From positions 672,001 through 736,000 of the forward strand of contig CBDAOY010000007.1 in the NCBI GenBank assembly GCA_965198225.1: DNA of 64,000 nt, written 5' to 3'. The number at the start of each line of letters is the position of its first letter. Positions within the stretch are counted from its first letter, which is position 1. Made by a program: the position numbers and the translations under genes. Of this stretch, positions 29,332-39,189 are shown in pieces. A model generated the notes under the pieces. The model made no database searches. It was not told the DNA's origin and saw nothing but the letters and a program-made list of their open reading frames with translations. Source of the stretch: Terriglobia bacterium. GTDB lineage: Bacteria > Acidobacteriota > Terriglobia > 20CM-2-55-15.

Positions 29332-30011
29332 CTCGTTCAGCGCTTCGGCTTCTGTCGATACTGGTTCTTTTCGGAACTGGCACGCTGCTGGGGCAGACGC
29401 GCGTCTCGCTCGACACAGTGCTCGAGCGGATGGAGGCTGTTGGCCGTGAATTCCGAAACCTCGAGGCCGACATCGAACGGACCAAGGTGGTGGTGATCGT
29501 CGACGATCACAGCACGTCTTCCGGCAAGTTTTACTTTGCCCGGAGCGGTGACACCAGCCGCATCCGGATGACCATCGAAAAGCCTTCCCGCCAGGAGCTC
29601 CTGATCGACAAGGGCATGCTTCAAATGTACTTTCCGCGGATCAACCAGGTGCAGGTGGCCGATCTGGGTGAGAACCAGGACAAAGCCGAGTTCATGGCGA
29701 TCGGATTCGGCCAGTCCTCGGCCGACCTTCTGAAGTACTACGACGTGACGCTCGCCGGGGAAGAGTCCATTGACGGCATCGCGACATCGATACTGGACCT
29801 CAAACCCAAGTCCGTCGACTTTTCGGCGATCTTTTCCAACATACGGTTGTGGATCGACCAGGAACGTTGGATCCCGCTCCATACAAAACTTACCGAGGCC
29901 GGCGGCGACTACCTCGACGTCCGGTTCTCCAACATCAGGATCAACCGCCGCCTTTCGAATTCGGTTTTTGAACTGAAGCTTCCCAAAGACGTGCAGCGAA
30001 TCGGGGGGTAG
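29328..30011 (+). CDS. LolA-family periplasmic lipoprotein carrier
   Basis: Signal peptide; SGKFYF, LDLKPK, LWID, IRINRRLSNSVFELKLP. Confidence 0.8.
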   Translation: MTRSALRLLSILVLFGTGTLLGQTRVSLDTVLERMEAVGREFRNLEADIERTKVVVIVDDHSTSSGKFYFARSGDTSRIRMTIEKPSRQELLIDKGMLQMYFPRINQVQVADLGENQDKAEFMAIGFGQSSADLLKYYDVTLAGEESIDGIATSILDLKPKSVDFSAIFSNIRLWIDQERWIPLHTKLTEAGGDYLDVRFSNIRINRRLSNSVFELKLPKDVQRIGG

Positions 30012-30033
30012 GCGATGGGGCCCGTGTCGGCCC

Positions 30034-30325
30034 GACCTGTCGTTTGCTGACGTTTCTGCTTGACGAAGCACCCGTCGGGGGGAGGTAGCCTTTCTATTCG
30101 CCTACCTGTCGTTTGCGGACGTTTCTGCTTAGCAAAAACCCGGGGGCAGGGCAAGCCCTGTCCCCCTCACAGTGGCTCGCTCGCGGACCGTTCCGCTTCA
30201 CGACGACTCCCACGCGACACGCTTACGCTCATCGACCAGGTACCGTGCGAGAAGAAACGTGAGGGGGACAGGGCTTGCCCTGTCCCCGGGTGTTCGCTTC
30301 AGCGGAAATGTTAGGGAACGACGAA
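30034..30325. repeat. REP-like family A inverted doublet with duplicated flank
   Basis: Cores at 30142-30165 and 30264-30287 in opposite orientation. The flank ACCTGTCGTTTGC.GACGTTTCTGCTT occurs twice (about 30035 and 30104). Confidence 0.85.
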
Positions 30326-30351
30326 ACCCGAGCCTTCGTTCGGGAAAGTCG

Positions 30352-31038
30352 TTACGTTTGCAGACTGGCCTTTGCGGCGACTTCAGTATCGTCGGGTGGG
30401 GTTTCTTCGGCTGCCTCTTCGGCTTCGAGTTGATGCTCCTGTCTCTCGAGGCGGGAGGCTTCCTTCCACGTGTACCAGATCCTCTGGAAGACGGTCCAGT
30501 TCGTCAAGATCGCCATGATCCACAAGACGACGGCCATCCGGTCCGTCAGTGCCCCGATGATCAACATGACGACCCTTTCGGCCCTCTCGAGGAACCCGAT
30601 CTTGCAGGCCGGTATCAGTGACTCCGCGCGCGCTCGCGTGTAGCTGGTCATGACCGAGCCGATGATGACCATTCCGGTCAGGCCGAGGTAGAACATGCGG
30701 TCGGCCTTCGCGTACCAGAGCATCAGTCCGAACAGCATCAGCATGTCCGAGTAACGGTCGATGACTGAATCGAGGAAAGCGCCAAACCGCGTGACGGTCT
30801 TCGTTACGCGGGCCACCGCCCCGTCGAGCATGTCGAACACGCCCGCGAACAGGACCACCAGGCCAGCCCAGAAAAACATGCCCTTGGCGAACAGGACAGT
30901 CGCGAAAATGTTGATTCCAAGGCCGATAAAGGTCAGGACATTGGGGTTGACGCGATGTTTGGAAAGACGAGCGACGAGATAATCCTGGACCCGCTGACCA
31001 ACTTTGCCGACCTTCCCGCTAATGGTGTGAAATGGCAT
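30352..31038 (-). CDS. CDP-alcohol phosphatidyltransferase (PgsA/PIS-like)
   Basis: NPNVLT, DMLDGAVAR...FGAFLDSVIDRYSD, SYTRARAE. Confidence 0.9.
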   Translation of the reverse strand: MPFHTISGKVGKVGQRVQDYLVARLSKHRVNPNVLTFIGLGINIFATVLFAKGMFFWAGLVVLFAGVFDMLDGAVARVTKTVTRFGAFLDSVIDRYSDMLMLFGLMLWYAKADRMFYLGLTGMVIIGSVMTSYTRARAESLIPACKIGFLERAERVVMLIIGALTDRMAVVLWIMAILTNWTVFQRIWYTWKEASRLERQEHQLEAEEAAEETPPDDTEVAAKASLQT

Positions 31039-31160
31039 GAAGTACTTCGATGATCTGCTGCGTACGGACTCCCTTCGCAAAATTCTACGCTAATTCCTCT
31101 CCCGGAACAATTAGGTCCATTCGGCGGTCGTGCCTTGGATTTCCCTTCCGGATGCGAATA

Positions 31161-31436
31161 CGAGTGACCTGTAACCAGTGCTATCGGTACCAGCGTTCGG
31201 CCGAACGGCGTCGGATTCTAGGAGTGACGCTCGAGCCAATGCTGTTTCATTGCGAGGGCGTTACGACACCGAGACGGCGCCGTTGGGCCGAACCCTTCGG
31301 GCCGATGGGGGTTGCGGGCGATCTCTTTGTCGGAAGCCGTCACCGATGAAAGAGCATCGCTTTCCGTCTTCCTCCTCGACCTCGCCCGCAAGACCCATCG
31401 GCGATGGTGCCGATAGCGCTGGTTACAGGCCACTAG
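31161..31436 (+). mobile_element. 276-bp MITE-like element (family C) with ~35-bp terminal inverted repeats
   Basis: Left end CGAGTGACCTGTAACCAGTGCTATCGGTACCA; right end TGGTGCCGATAGCGCTGGTTACAGGCCACTAG. The CTAG supplies the greA stop codon. Confidence 0.8.
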
Positions 31437-31912
31437 CCGTCAGATTCTTCATCGTGGATCGTTGTGAAGCTCATGACTTCAAAGCTCCGCGTTCCGTCCG
31501 GTATACGGACGGCGACCGTGTCGCCATCGCGCTTGCCGAGCAGGCTTCGACCTATGGGCGAGGTGGTCGATATGGCCCCTTCCGCGAAGTCGGAGTCCTC
31601 TGTCGTCACAAGCTTGTAGGAGACCTCTTCCTCCTTTTCGATATCGAAGAGGACGACCCTGGAACCGAGGGAAATACGATCTCTCGGAATCTTCTCGACG
31701 TTGATCATCGCCACATCCGACAGACGCTGCTTCAGTTGTCCCAACCTGGCGCGAACAAATTCCTGGCGCTCCTTGGCGGCCTGGTATTCGGCATTCTCGC
31801 GGAGGTCCCCCATGGCCAGGGCTTTCTTCAACTCCTTCGGAAGCTCGGTCGTAAGTTCCTTTTCGAGGACTCGAATCTCTCCTTCAAGCTTCTTCCTAAC
31901 CTCTAGCACCAT
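31433..31912 (-). CDS. greA: Transcription elongation factor GreA
   Basis: GDLRENAEYQAAKE; ISTTSPIGRSLLGK. Confidence 0.93.
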   Translation of the reverse strand: MVLEVRKKLEGEIRVLEKELTTELPKELKKALAMGDLRENAEYQAAKERQEFVRARLGQLKQRLSDVAMINVEKIPRDRISLGSRVVLFDIEKEEEVSYKLVTTEDSDFAEGAISTTSPIGRSLLGKRDGDTVAVRIPDGTRSFEVMSFTTIHDEESDG

Positions 31913-31959
31913 TCATCCTCCTAATGTGATGGCCAGTGCTGCGGCCGAACCGGCGGTTC

Positions 31960-33036
31960 TCAGAACAGGCGGAAATTGATCGTGAGGAACTTTCGTGGGT
32001 CTTGTCTGAAATCGTACATCAGCTTGAGCATTTCAGAGATCGTTTGATTCGTGTTGTCGTAGAGTGCCGGCTCGTTGATCAGTTTGCCCAGGGTTCCTTC
32101 GCTGTTGGCGACATTCGAGACCATCGTGGAGACTTCCTCGGTCGCCGTCCGTAGATCATCGTAGAGTGCATCGTCCCGGCTCAGCTTCCCGAGCGTTCCT
32201 TCGCCCATTTCCAACCGCGCGACGACGTTGTTCATGCGGCCGACGAGTTCGTTGGCCCGATCGTAGACCGACGGGTCGTTGATGAACTTCCCGAGCGTTC
32301 CGTCGCCGCTTTCCACCTTTGTGACGAGAACGTCGATTCTCTGGACGGCTTCGTTCATCCGATCGTACATTTCCCGGTCATTCATCAGACTGCCGATCGT
32401 GCCGTCCCCTGTCCGAGCGTTTTCCACCAACAAGCGCACTTCCTCGACTGTTGCGTTGGCATTGTCGTATATCGACGTATCGGTGAGCATCTTGCCCAGC
32501 GTCCCTTCGCCCTGGCGGATCTGGGCGGCGATTTCCTGGATTTCTTCGCTCAGGACTTCCAGGTTCGCGATGATGTCGTTGGTTCCGGTGATGAGTTCGC
32601 GGATGTCCCCGGTCGTTTGTCCCTGGATGGTTCCCTCGTCCGGGATACTGTCGCCGAGGCCGGGTCCCTTCTCGATCTCCACTATGCTGTCGCCGAGCAG
32701 GCCGATCGAACCGATCGTCATGATCGAGTCGGACAGGATGATCTCCTGGAACTGGAGATCCAGACTCATCTCGACGGCCACGGATCGTTCCGGCTCAGGC
32801 AGGTTGGTCACCCCGACCGAGCTGACGTTCCCGACGGTAACGCCTTCGAGCCACACCTCCGCGCCGTTGTTCATTCCGTTGACCGAAGGAAAGTAGGCCG
32901 TGACGGTGTATTTCGGCGTGAAGAAACCAGCCTCGCCCCCCACGAAGAAGATCGCCGCGGCCAGGAGTGCAAAGCTGGCGATCACCAGCACGCCGACCCG
33001 TAACTCGGCCCAGGATATTGTTTGACGCCTTGCCAT
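31960..33036 (-). CDS. MlaD/MCE family protein with helical repeats
   Basis: TM anchor, MCE domain, repeated GEGTLGKL..D..LY units. Confidence 0.9.
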   Translation of the reverse strand: MARRQTISWAELRVGVLVIASFALLAAAIFFVGGEAGFFTPKYTVTAYFPSVNGMNNGAEVWLEGVTVGNVSSVGVTNLPEPERSVAVEMSLDLQFQEIILSDSIMTIGSIGLLGDSIVEIEKGPGLGDSIPDEGTIQGQTTGDIRELITGTNDIIANLEVLSEEIQEIAAQIRQGEGTLGKMLTDTSIYDNANATVEEVRLLVENARTGDGTIGSLMNDREMYDRMNEAVQRIDVLVTKVESGDGTLGKFINDPSVYDRANELVGRMNNVVARLEMGEGTLGKLSRDDALYDDLRTATEEVSTMVSNVANSEGTLGKLINEPALYDNTNQTISEMLKLMYDFRQDPRKFLTINFRLF

Positions 33037-33052
33037 GTTTTTCCCCTTTTTC

Positions 33053-33892
33053 TTACGCTAGAAACCGTTGGATGTACGGATCCTTCGACGCCCGGAGTAC
33101 CTCGTCCGGGCCGTCGAATACTATTTTCCCCTCGTGGAGCATCACCAACCGGGTATGGGCGAGGCAGAACGTACCGTCCTCCCGTATGAATTCGATGCTC
33201 CCGTCGGCCTCTTCCGCATATTCCGTCGCGAGCGTGAACGCGTCGCGCAGCCGATGGGTCACGAAAACGCTGGATACGCCTTCGATGTCCCGCAGCCGGA
33301 TGATCAGTTCATTGATCTTCCTCGAGGTAACGGGGTCGAGACCCGCAGTCGGTTCGTCATACAGCATGATGGCCGGTTCTGAAATCAGAGCGCGCGCGAG
33401 CGACACGCGACGCTTCATCCCGCCCGACAACTCGGATGGAAGCTTGTCGATGGCCTCAGCCAGGCCGACGAAACCCAACACCGTCCGGACGCGTTCCTCG
33501 ATCAGGTCCCCCTTCACTCCTAGCTCGAATAAACGATAGGCGACGTTTTCGAAGAGCGACATGGAGTCGAACAGACCCGATTCCTGGAAGACCATCCCGA
33601 CTTTGGGTCGGACTCGGCTCAGCTTGCGTTCGTTCATGTTCGTGATGTCTATCCCTTCGATCAGGACTTGCCCCTCGTCGGGCCGCTCCAGCCCCATCAT
33701 CAGTTTCAACATCGTGGACTTCCCCGATCCGCTGCCGCCGAGAATGATCTTGGTCTCTCCACGCAACAGTTTGAACGACACCCCATCGAGTACCGCTGCG
33801 TCCCCGTAGTACTTCGAAACATTGCGCAGCTCTAGTATGGGCCTCGAAGCCGTGTAAGATTCGTTCACGGACTTCTGATCCAACGTTTTCAT
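33053..33892 (-). CDS. mlaF: MlaF/Mkl-like ABC ATPase
   Basis: GGSGSGKS, LSGGMKRRV, YDEPTAGLDP. Likely start MKTLDQ at 33892, overlapping the mlaE stop. Confidence 0.88.
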   Translation of the reverse strand: MKTLDQKSVNESYTASRPILELRNVSKYYGDAAVLDGVSFKLLRGETKIILGGSGSGKSTMLKLMMGLERPDEGQVLIEGIDITNMNERKLSRVRPKVGMVFQESGLFDSMSLFENVAYRLFELGVKGDLIEERVRTVLGFVGLAEAIDKLPSELSGGMKRRVSLARALISEPAIMLYDEPTAGLDPVTSRKINELIIRLRDIEGVSSVFVTHRLRDAFTLATEYAEEADGSIEFIREDGTFCLAHTRLVMLHEGKIVFDGPDEVLRASKDPYIQRFLA

Positions 33893-34644
33893 AGATATGT
33901 CAGGATGATCCGGGTCAGGAAAAAGTCGGAAACCAGGATGAGGATCGATGATACCACCACCGCCTGCGTGGTGGAACGGCCGACGCCTCGCGTTCCCCCG
34001 TAGGTGCGCATCCCGCAGTAACAACTGACCGTGGCCAGGATGCCGCCGAACACCACCGGCTTGAGCAGACCGCCGAGGATGTCGTCGTAGCTGAGCGCGT
34101 CCCAAGCCGAGTTCAGGTACATGTTGGGGCTGATCTGGAGCAGGAAAACTGCGACAAACAGACCTCCGATGATTCCCATCGCGTCGGCGACGATGGTCAG
34201 AAGCGGTTGCATCGTGACGGTTGCGAAGATCCTGGGAACGACCAACTTCTTGACTGGATCGGTTCCCAGCGCGCGCATCGCGTTGATCTGTTCCGTGACT
34301 TTCATCGAGCCCAGTTCCGACGCCATGCCCGAACCCACCCGGCCGGCTACCATTAACGCGGCGAGCACCGGTCCCAGCTCGCGCACGAGCGAAACCGACA
34401 CGAGCGATCCGGTAAAACCGATTGCACCGAATGTGGAGAGCGTCGATGCGGTTTGGAGGGTCAGGACGGCTCCGGTGAAGAAGCCGGTCAGCATGATGAT
34501 GGTCAGCGAACCGACTCCCACCCGATCCATCTGGATGAGGATGTCCCTGAAGTAGAACGGCCGACGGAAGGCCCCCCGGAAGGAACGGCCGGTCAAAACC
34601 GCTATTTCCTGGACCTCGATCACCGCGTCCTTCGGGCTGAGCAT
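33889..34644 (-). CDS. mlaE: MlaE family permease
   Basis: RELGPVL...AGRVGS.MASELGSMKVTEQI; GVGRSTT.AVV. Confidence 0.92.
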   Translation of the reverse strand: MLSPKDAVIEVQEIAVLTGRSFRGAFRRPFYFRDILIQMDRVGVGSLTIIMLTGFFTGAVLTLQTASTLSTFGAIGFTGSLVSVSLVRELGPVLAALMVAGRVGSGMASELGSMKVTEQINAMRALGTDPVKKLVVPRIFATVTMQPLLTIVADAMGIIGGLFVAVFLLQISPNMYLNSAWDALSYDDILGGLLKPVVFGGILATVSCYCGMRTYGGTRGVGRSTTQAVVVSSILILVSDFFLTRIILTYL

Positions 34645-34727
34645 AAGGCATCGTATCGGAAGATCCCTTTTATGGTCAACAGTTAGGCCCTAGTGCAGCT
34701 CCTTCCCGGTGGGCTATACTTGAGTCA

Positions 34728-35915
34728 ATGTTGAGCTTCAAAACAGCTGGCGAATCCCACGGACAGGCGCTGATCTCTATCGTCGAGGGGCTTCCGGCCA
34801 ATCTCGAATTCGACACGAATTTCATCAATGAAGAGCTTCGGCGGAGGCAGGGTGGCTTCGGGCGTGGTGGCCGAATGAAGATCGAGTCGGACCAGGTTCG
34901 AGTCCTCTCCGGGGTTCGACACGGTAAAACTCTCGGCAGCCCGCTCGCGATGATGGTCGAGAACCGCGATTGGGAGAACTGGCGCGACGTCATGTCGGTC
35001 GAACCCGTCACTCCCGAGGTCGCCGAGAAGCGACGGGTGACGCGACCGCGACCCGGCCACGCAGACCTGACCGGCTCCCAGAAGTTCGACCAATCCGACG
35101 CTCGAAACATCCTCGAGCGCTCCAGCGCCCGCGAGACGGCTGCCCGAGTGGCCGCCGGGGCCGTGGCCAAGCTCCTGCTGCGAGCCTTCGGCATCGAAGT
35201 CCTCAGTCACACCCGCTCGATCGGGGAAGTCCGTCTGGCGGAAGATTTTATGGTCGAGTGGGCGCAGTTGGAGGCTATTCGTGATGATCTCATCGTACGC
35301 TGCGTCCTTCCCGGCCATGCCAACCGCATGGTAGAGGAAATCAAGGCGGCCCAGCGCGACGGCGACACGATCGGCGGCACGTTCGAGGTGGTTGCTCGAG
35401 GAGTCCCCGTCGGATTGGGTGCGCACACCGGCTGGGAACAGAAACTTGATGGACGTCTCGCGCAGGCCGTGATGTCGATCAACGCTGTCAAGGCAGTGGA
35501 AGTCGGTGACGCAGTTCGTGTCGCCTTCAGCCGGGGCTCGTTGGCCCATGACGAGATCTCGTTTGATTCCGATACCCGTCGATTTGATCGGCTCACGAAC
35601 CGGGCCGGTGGGATTGAAGGCGGCATGAGCAACGGGGAGAACGTCCGCGTTGTCGGATACCTGAAACCGATCCCGACGCTGAAGAAGGCCTTGAAGTCGG
35701 TCGACATGGTGTCGAAGGAACCGTTCATGGCCCAGCATGAACGCTCCGACACCTGTACGGTTCCGGCTGCGGGTGTTATCGGAGAGACCATGGTGGCGCT
35801 GGTTCTCGCCCATGCGATGACGGAAAAGTTCGGCGGCGATTCGATTGATGAAAGTCTAAGAAACTACAGGGGATACCTCCAGCAATTGCGTGATTTCCCG
35901 ACCAGCGGTGATTGA
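34728..35915 (+). CDS. aroC: Chorismate synthase
   Basis: TAGESHG, PRPGHAD, ERSSARETAARVAAG, NRAGGIEGGMSNG, ERSD. Confidence 0.97.
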   Translation: MLSFKTAGESHGQALISIVEGLPANLEFDTNFINEELRRRQGGFGRGGRMKIESDQVRVLSGVRHGKTLGSPLAMMVENRDWENWRDVMSVEPVTPEVAEKRRVTRPRPGHADLTGSQKFDQSDARNILERSSARETAARVAAGAVAKLLLRAFGIEVLSHTRSIGEVRLAEDFMVEWAQLEAIRDDLIVRCVLPGHANRMVEEIKAAQRDGDTIGGTFEVVARGVPVGLGAHTGWEQKLDGRLAQAVMSINAVKAVEVGDAVRVAFSRGSLAHDEISFDSDTRRFDRLTNRAGGIEGGMSNGENVRVVGYLKPIPTLKKALKSVDMVSKEPFMAQHERSDTCTVPAAGVIGETMVALVLAHAMTEKFGGDSIDESLRNYRGYLQQLRDFPTSGD

Positions 35916-36010
35916 GCAAGTCGGGCATGTTAGGATTGATTTTCGAGGAGAACTCGCAACGTCCCGTTTGTAAGTCCCCAAAATGCTAGATGTCCAGTGC
36001 GCAGGGGGAA

Positions 36011-36090
36011 GTTCCTCTGATTGCAAATTTGGTTATTGGACGAATCCGCATTGGAAGTTGGAGATTGCAAATTGCTGGATTCCTCATTGG
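36011..36090 (+). repeat. 80-bp AT-rich dispersed repeat (reverse-complement homologue at 54454-54533)
   Basis: The two copies align over their full length with scattered mismatches. Confidence 0.8.
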
Positions 36091-36183
36091 GTCGGAAATC
36101 TGAAATGAAGCAATCTCCAATGAGCGATCTCCAATGCGCATGGGCGAATGCCCATGCGCAGGGGGCACGACGCTAACAAAACG

Positions 36184-36693
36184 ATGAACAGAAAGATTGT
36201 CCGTTACGGTAACAACGTTCTTCAGCAGAAGGCCAAGGAGGTCGATAACATCACCGACGCTGAGGTTCAACTGGTGCGGGACATGGTCGAGACGATGTAC
36301 AAAGCCCCGGGCGTCGGCCTCGCCGCGCCGCAGGTCGGCGTCTCCCAGCGCATCATGGTGACTGATACAAGCGGCGGCGAAAAAGCAGACAATCTGCTCG
36401 TCATCGTCAACCCCGAGGTCGTCGCGAGCGATGGGGAACAGTACGAAGAAGAAGGCTGTCTCAGCATCCCGGGCTTTTCCGAGAGGGTCACACGGCCGAA
36501 GAAAGTCGTCATTCGCGGCCTGGACCTCGACGGGCGGGAGATCCTGCTCGAAGGGGAGGATCTGTTGGCCCGCGCCTTCTGTCACGAGATGGACCATCTG
36601 AACGGCGTCATGTTCCTCGACCACCTCAGCTTCATCAAGCGTGACCTCATCAAGCGTAAGATAAGGAAGCTCATCAAGCAGGACGAGTGGTAG
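36184..36693 (+). CDS. def: Peptide deformylase
   Basis: GVGLAAPQVG, EGCLS, HEMDHLNG. Confidence 0.97.
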   Translation: MNRKIVRYGNNVLQQKAKEVDNITDAEVQLVRDMVETMYKAPGVGLAAPQVGVSQRIMVTDTSGGEKADNLLVIVNPEVVASDGEQYEEEGCLSIPGFSERVTRPKKVVIRGLDLDGREILLEGEDLLARAFCHEMDHLNGVMFLDHLSFIKRDLIKRKIRKLIKQDEW

Positions 36694-36699
36694 ACGGCA

Positions 36700-37665
36700 A
36701 TGAAGCTCGTCTTCATGGGGACGGCGGACTTCGCCGTGCCTTCGCTCGGCGCCCTGAGGGAAGCCGGGCATGAACTCGTCGGAGTTTTCACCCAACCGGA
36801 CCGTCGCGCCGGTAGGGGGCGGAAGATGCGCCCTTCGCCGATCAAGGAAGCGGCGATTGAACTGGACCTGCCGATCCACCAACCCGATTCTCTCAAGACC
36901 GATGAAGCACGCGACCTCCTGACGAACCTGTCGCCTGTCTTGATCGCGGTTGTGGCTTACGGAAAGATCATTCCACGCTGGTTGATCGACCTCCCGCCCC
37001 GCGGCGTCGTCAACGTACATGGCTCTATCCTGCCGAGATACCGTGGCGCCGCTCCCGTCAACTGGGCCATTGCGAACGGGGAGAGCCGGACTGGGGTGTG
37101 CGCGATGCAGATCGACGAAGGCCTGGACACAGGCCCCGTGTACCTATGTGAAGAAACCGAAATCGATCCCGGCGACACGGCCCCGGTCCTATCGTCGCGG
37201 TTGGCCGCAATCGGTGCTTCGTTGCTGATCCGAACGCTGGAGGGAATCGAGGGCGGCACGCTTCTTCCGAAGCCCCAGGACGAGGGGCAAGCCACCCTGG
37301 CTCCACGGCTGACGAAACAGAATGGCGTCATCGAATGGAGCGAGACCGCCCAACAGATTCACGACAAGGTCCGGGCTTTTCTCCCGTGGCCTTCGGTGAC
37401 GGTACGATTCGGAGACACGCCATTCAAGATCCTTGAGTCGAGGCCGACGGGCGTAGTCGACAAGAAAAAAGAATCGCAAGTTGGGACGATCATTTTCGAA
37501 CAGAATCGTCTAAAAGTAACCTGCGGCGGCGGGAGCGTGCTTGAACTGCTGCAGCTTCAAGCGGAGAACCGCGGACCCGTGACCGGCGCCGAATTCGCGA
37601 ACGGGATGCGCATTCGAAGCGGGGCGATGTTTGCGTCGATCCGTGGCTGGTCGCCGGCGGGATAG
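36700..37665 (+). CDS. fmt: Methionyl-tRNA formyltransferase
   Basis: FMGTADFA, TQPDR, NVHGSILPRYRGAAP, GLDTG. Confidence 0.96.
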   Translation: MKLVFMGTADFAVPSLGALREAGHELVGVFTQPDRRAGRGRKMRPSPIKEAAIELDLPIHQPDSLKTDEARDLLTNLSPVLIAVVAYGKIIPRWLIDLPPRGVVNVHGSILPRYRGAAPVNWAIANGESRTGVCAMQIDEGLDTGPVYLCEETEIDPGDTAPVLSSRLAAIGASLLIRTLEGIEGGTLLPKPQDEGQATLAPRLTKQNGVIEWSETAQQIHDKVRAFLPWPSVTVRFGDTPFKILESRPTGVVDKKKESQVGTIIFEQNRLKVTCGGGSVLELLQLQAENRGPVTGAEFANGMRIRSGAMFASIRGWSPAG

Positions 37666-37732
37666 TCTCCGAGCGCGGTTTCCGCTTTTTCAGGTCCCGA
37701 CTTAGGCCGCGAAGTAGCTTACAATCGGCAAG

Positions 37733-38488
37733 ATGCATCGAACCCATCCGGAACCCGATGACGCGCACGACGATCGCTGGGCTCGACTGGCCGGCGTTCT
37801 GCTGATGGTGTCGGTCCTTGTGGCTGCCGGTCTCCTGAGTGCTTTGACCGCGATGCGGTTCGCCATCCGGGGTCAGGAGGTCGGCGTCCCCGACCTGGTT
37901 GGGAAGTCTCAGGTAGAGGCTGCCCGGATCCTGGCGGAACGGGGACTCGAACTCCGACTCTCCAGCCGTCGTTTCAGTTCCACCGTGCCAAAGGACCGAA
38001 TAATGGATCAGATTCCCGCGCCGGGTTCGCGACTGAAGCTGGAGCGCGGGGTCAAAGTGCTCTTGAGCCTGGGCGAGCGCCAATTCTCTGTTCCCGATCT
38101 CGAGGGTGCGAGCGTTCGTGCGACACAGTTGATGCTGACCGAGCGGGGTCTATCGGTCGGGAATACGCTGTTCGCGCACACCGACGCAGGCGAGGCATCG
38201 ACGATCGTCCACCAGTCGCCCCCAGCCGGGGACATCGGAGGAAGCGATCCGGCGGTGAACGTGCTGGTGTCGCTCGGCCCTCCTGCCGAGTACTACGTGA
38301 TGCCCGACCTTACCGGTCGACGGCTGGACGAAGTCGTCGAGCAGGTTCGAAACGAGGGGTTTCGGCTCGGAGAGGTGACATACGATCAACACCCGGGAAT
38401 CGAGCGGGGCCGCATCGTTCAACAACAGCCTCCCGTCGGTTACAAGTTGTCCAGATCCGATCCCATTCTTCTGGAAGTTAGCCAGTGA
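37733..38488 (+). CDS. Membrane-anchored protein with three PASTA domains
   Basis: TM helix plus VPDLVG / VPDLEG / MPDLTG repeats, each with a Q.P..G motif. Confidence 0.88.
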   Translation: MHRTHPEPDDAHDDRWARLAGVLLMVSVLVAAGLLSALTAMRFAIRGQEVGVPDLVGKSQVEAARILAERGLELRLSSRRFSSTVPKDRIMDQIPAPGSRLKLERGVKVLLSLGERQFSVPDLEGASVRATQLMLTERGLSVGNTLFAHTDAGEASTIVHQSPPAGDIGGSDPAVNVLVSLGPPAEYYVMPDLTGRRLDEVVEQVRNEGFRLGEVTYDQHPGIERGRIVQQQPPVGYKLSRSDPILLEVSQ

Positions 38489-39168
38489 CTGTACGCATTG
38501 CACCATCGATACTTTCCGCGAATTTCGCCACCCTGGCCGAGGAAATCCGCGTTGTAGAGGAGGCCGGGGCGCACTACATCCACGTGGACGTGATGGACGG
38601 GCACTTCGTTCCGAACATCTCGATCGGACCTCCGGTCGTATCCTCGATCCGCAAGGCGACGAGCCTGCCCTTGGACGTTCACCTGATGATTGCGGAACCG
38701 GATCGCTACATCCCGGCCTTTGTCGAGGCTGGAGCGAACATCGTCACGGTCCATGTCGAGGCGACAACGCATCTGGATCGTACGATCGAATTCATACGAA
38801 CCCACGACGTCCAGGCCGGCGTTGCCCTCAACCCTGCCACTCCCCTCGCAGCGGTGGAGCACGTGCTGGACATGCTGGATCTGGTCTTGATAATGACGGT
38901 CAACCCGGGGTTCGGAGGACAGAAGTTCATCCCCTACACCGCCCGGAAAGTCCGGCGATTGAGGGAATTGATCGAGGACGAGGGCTACGGCGCCGTCATC
39001 GAAGTCGATGGTGGAATTGACGTGGAAACGATCGCCGAGGTTGTGCCCGCCGGAGCCGAAATTCTCGTGGCGGGCTCGGCAATTTTCGGCAGTTCGGAGC
39101 CCGCTCTAGCAGTCAAGGAAATGTTGGCAAAGGCTTCTGCCCTCGGGTATCATTCTAAATACGCCTGA
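38485..39168 (+). CDS. rpe: Ribulose-phosphate 3-epimerase
   Basis: IAPSILSA, HVDVMDGHFVPN, MTVNPGFGGQ, EVDGG. Confidence 0.97.
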   Translation: MTVRIAPSILSANFATLAEEIRVVEEAGAHYIHVDVMDGHFVPNISIGPPVVSSIRKATSLPLDVHLMIAEPDRYIPAFVEAGANIVTVHVEATTHLDRTIEFIRTHDVQAGVALNPATPLAAVEHVLDMLDLVLIMTVNPGFGGQKFIPYTARKVRRLRELIEDEGYGAVIEVDGGIDVETIAEVVPAGAEILVAGSAIFGSSEPALAVKEMLAKASALGYHSKYA

Positions 39169-39189
39169 TTAAAGGAGTTTCTTATTCCT

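Noticed and set aside
33053-34651. 532-aa ORF as a single ABC protein
   Set aside because: The N-terminal half is an alternate frame over mlaE; the ATPase starts at 33892.
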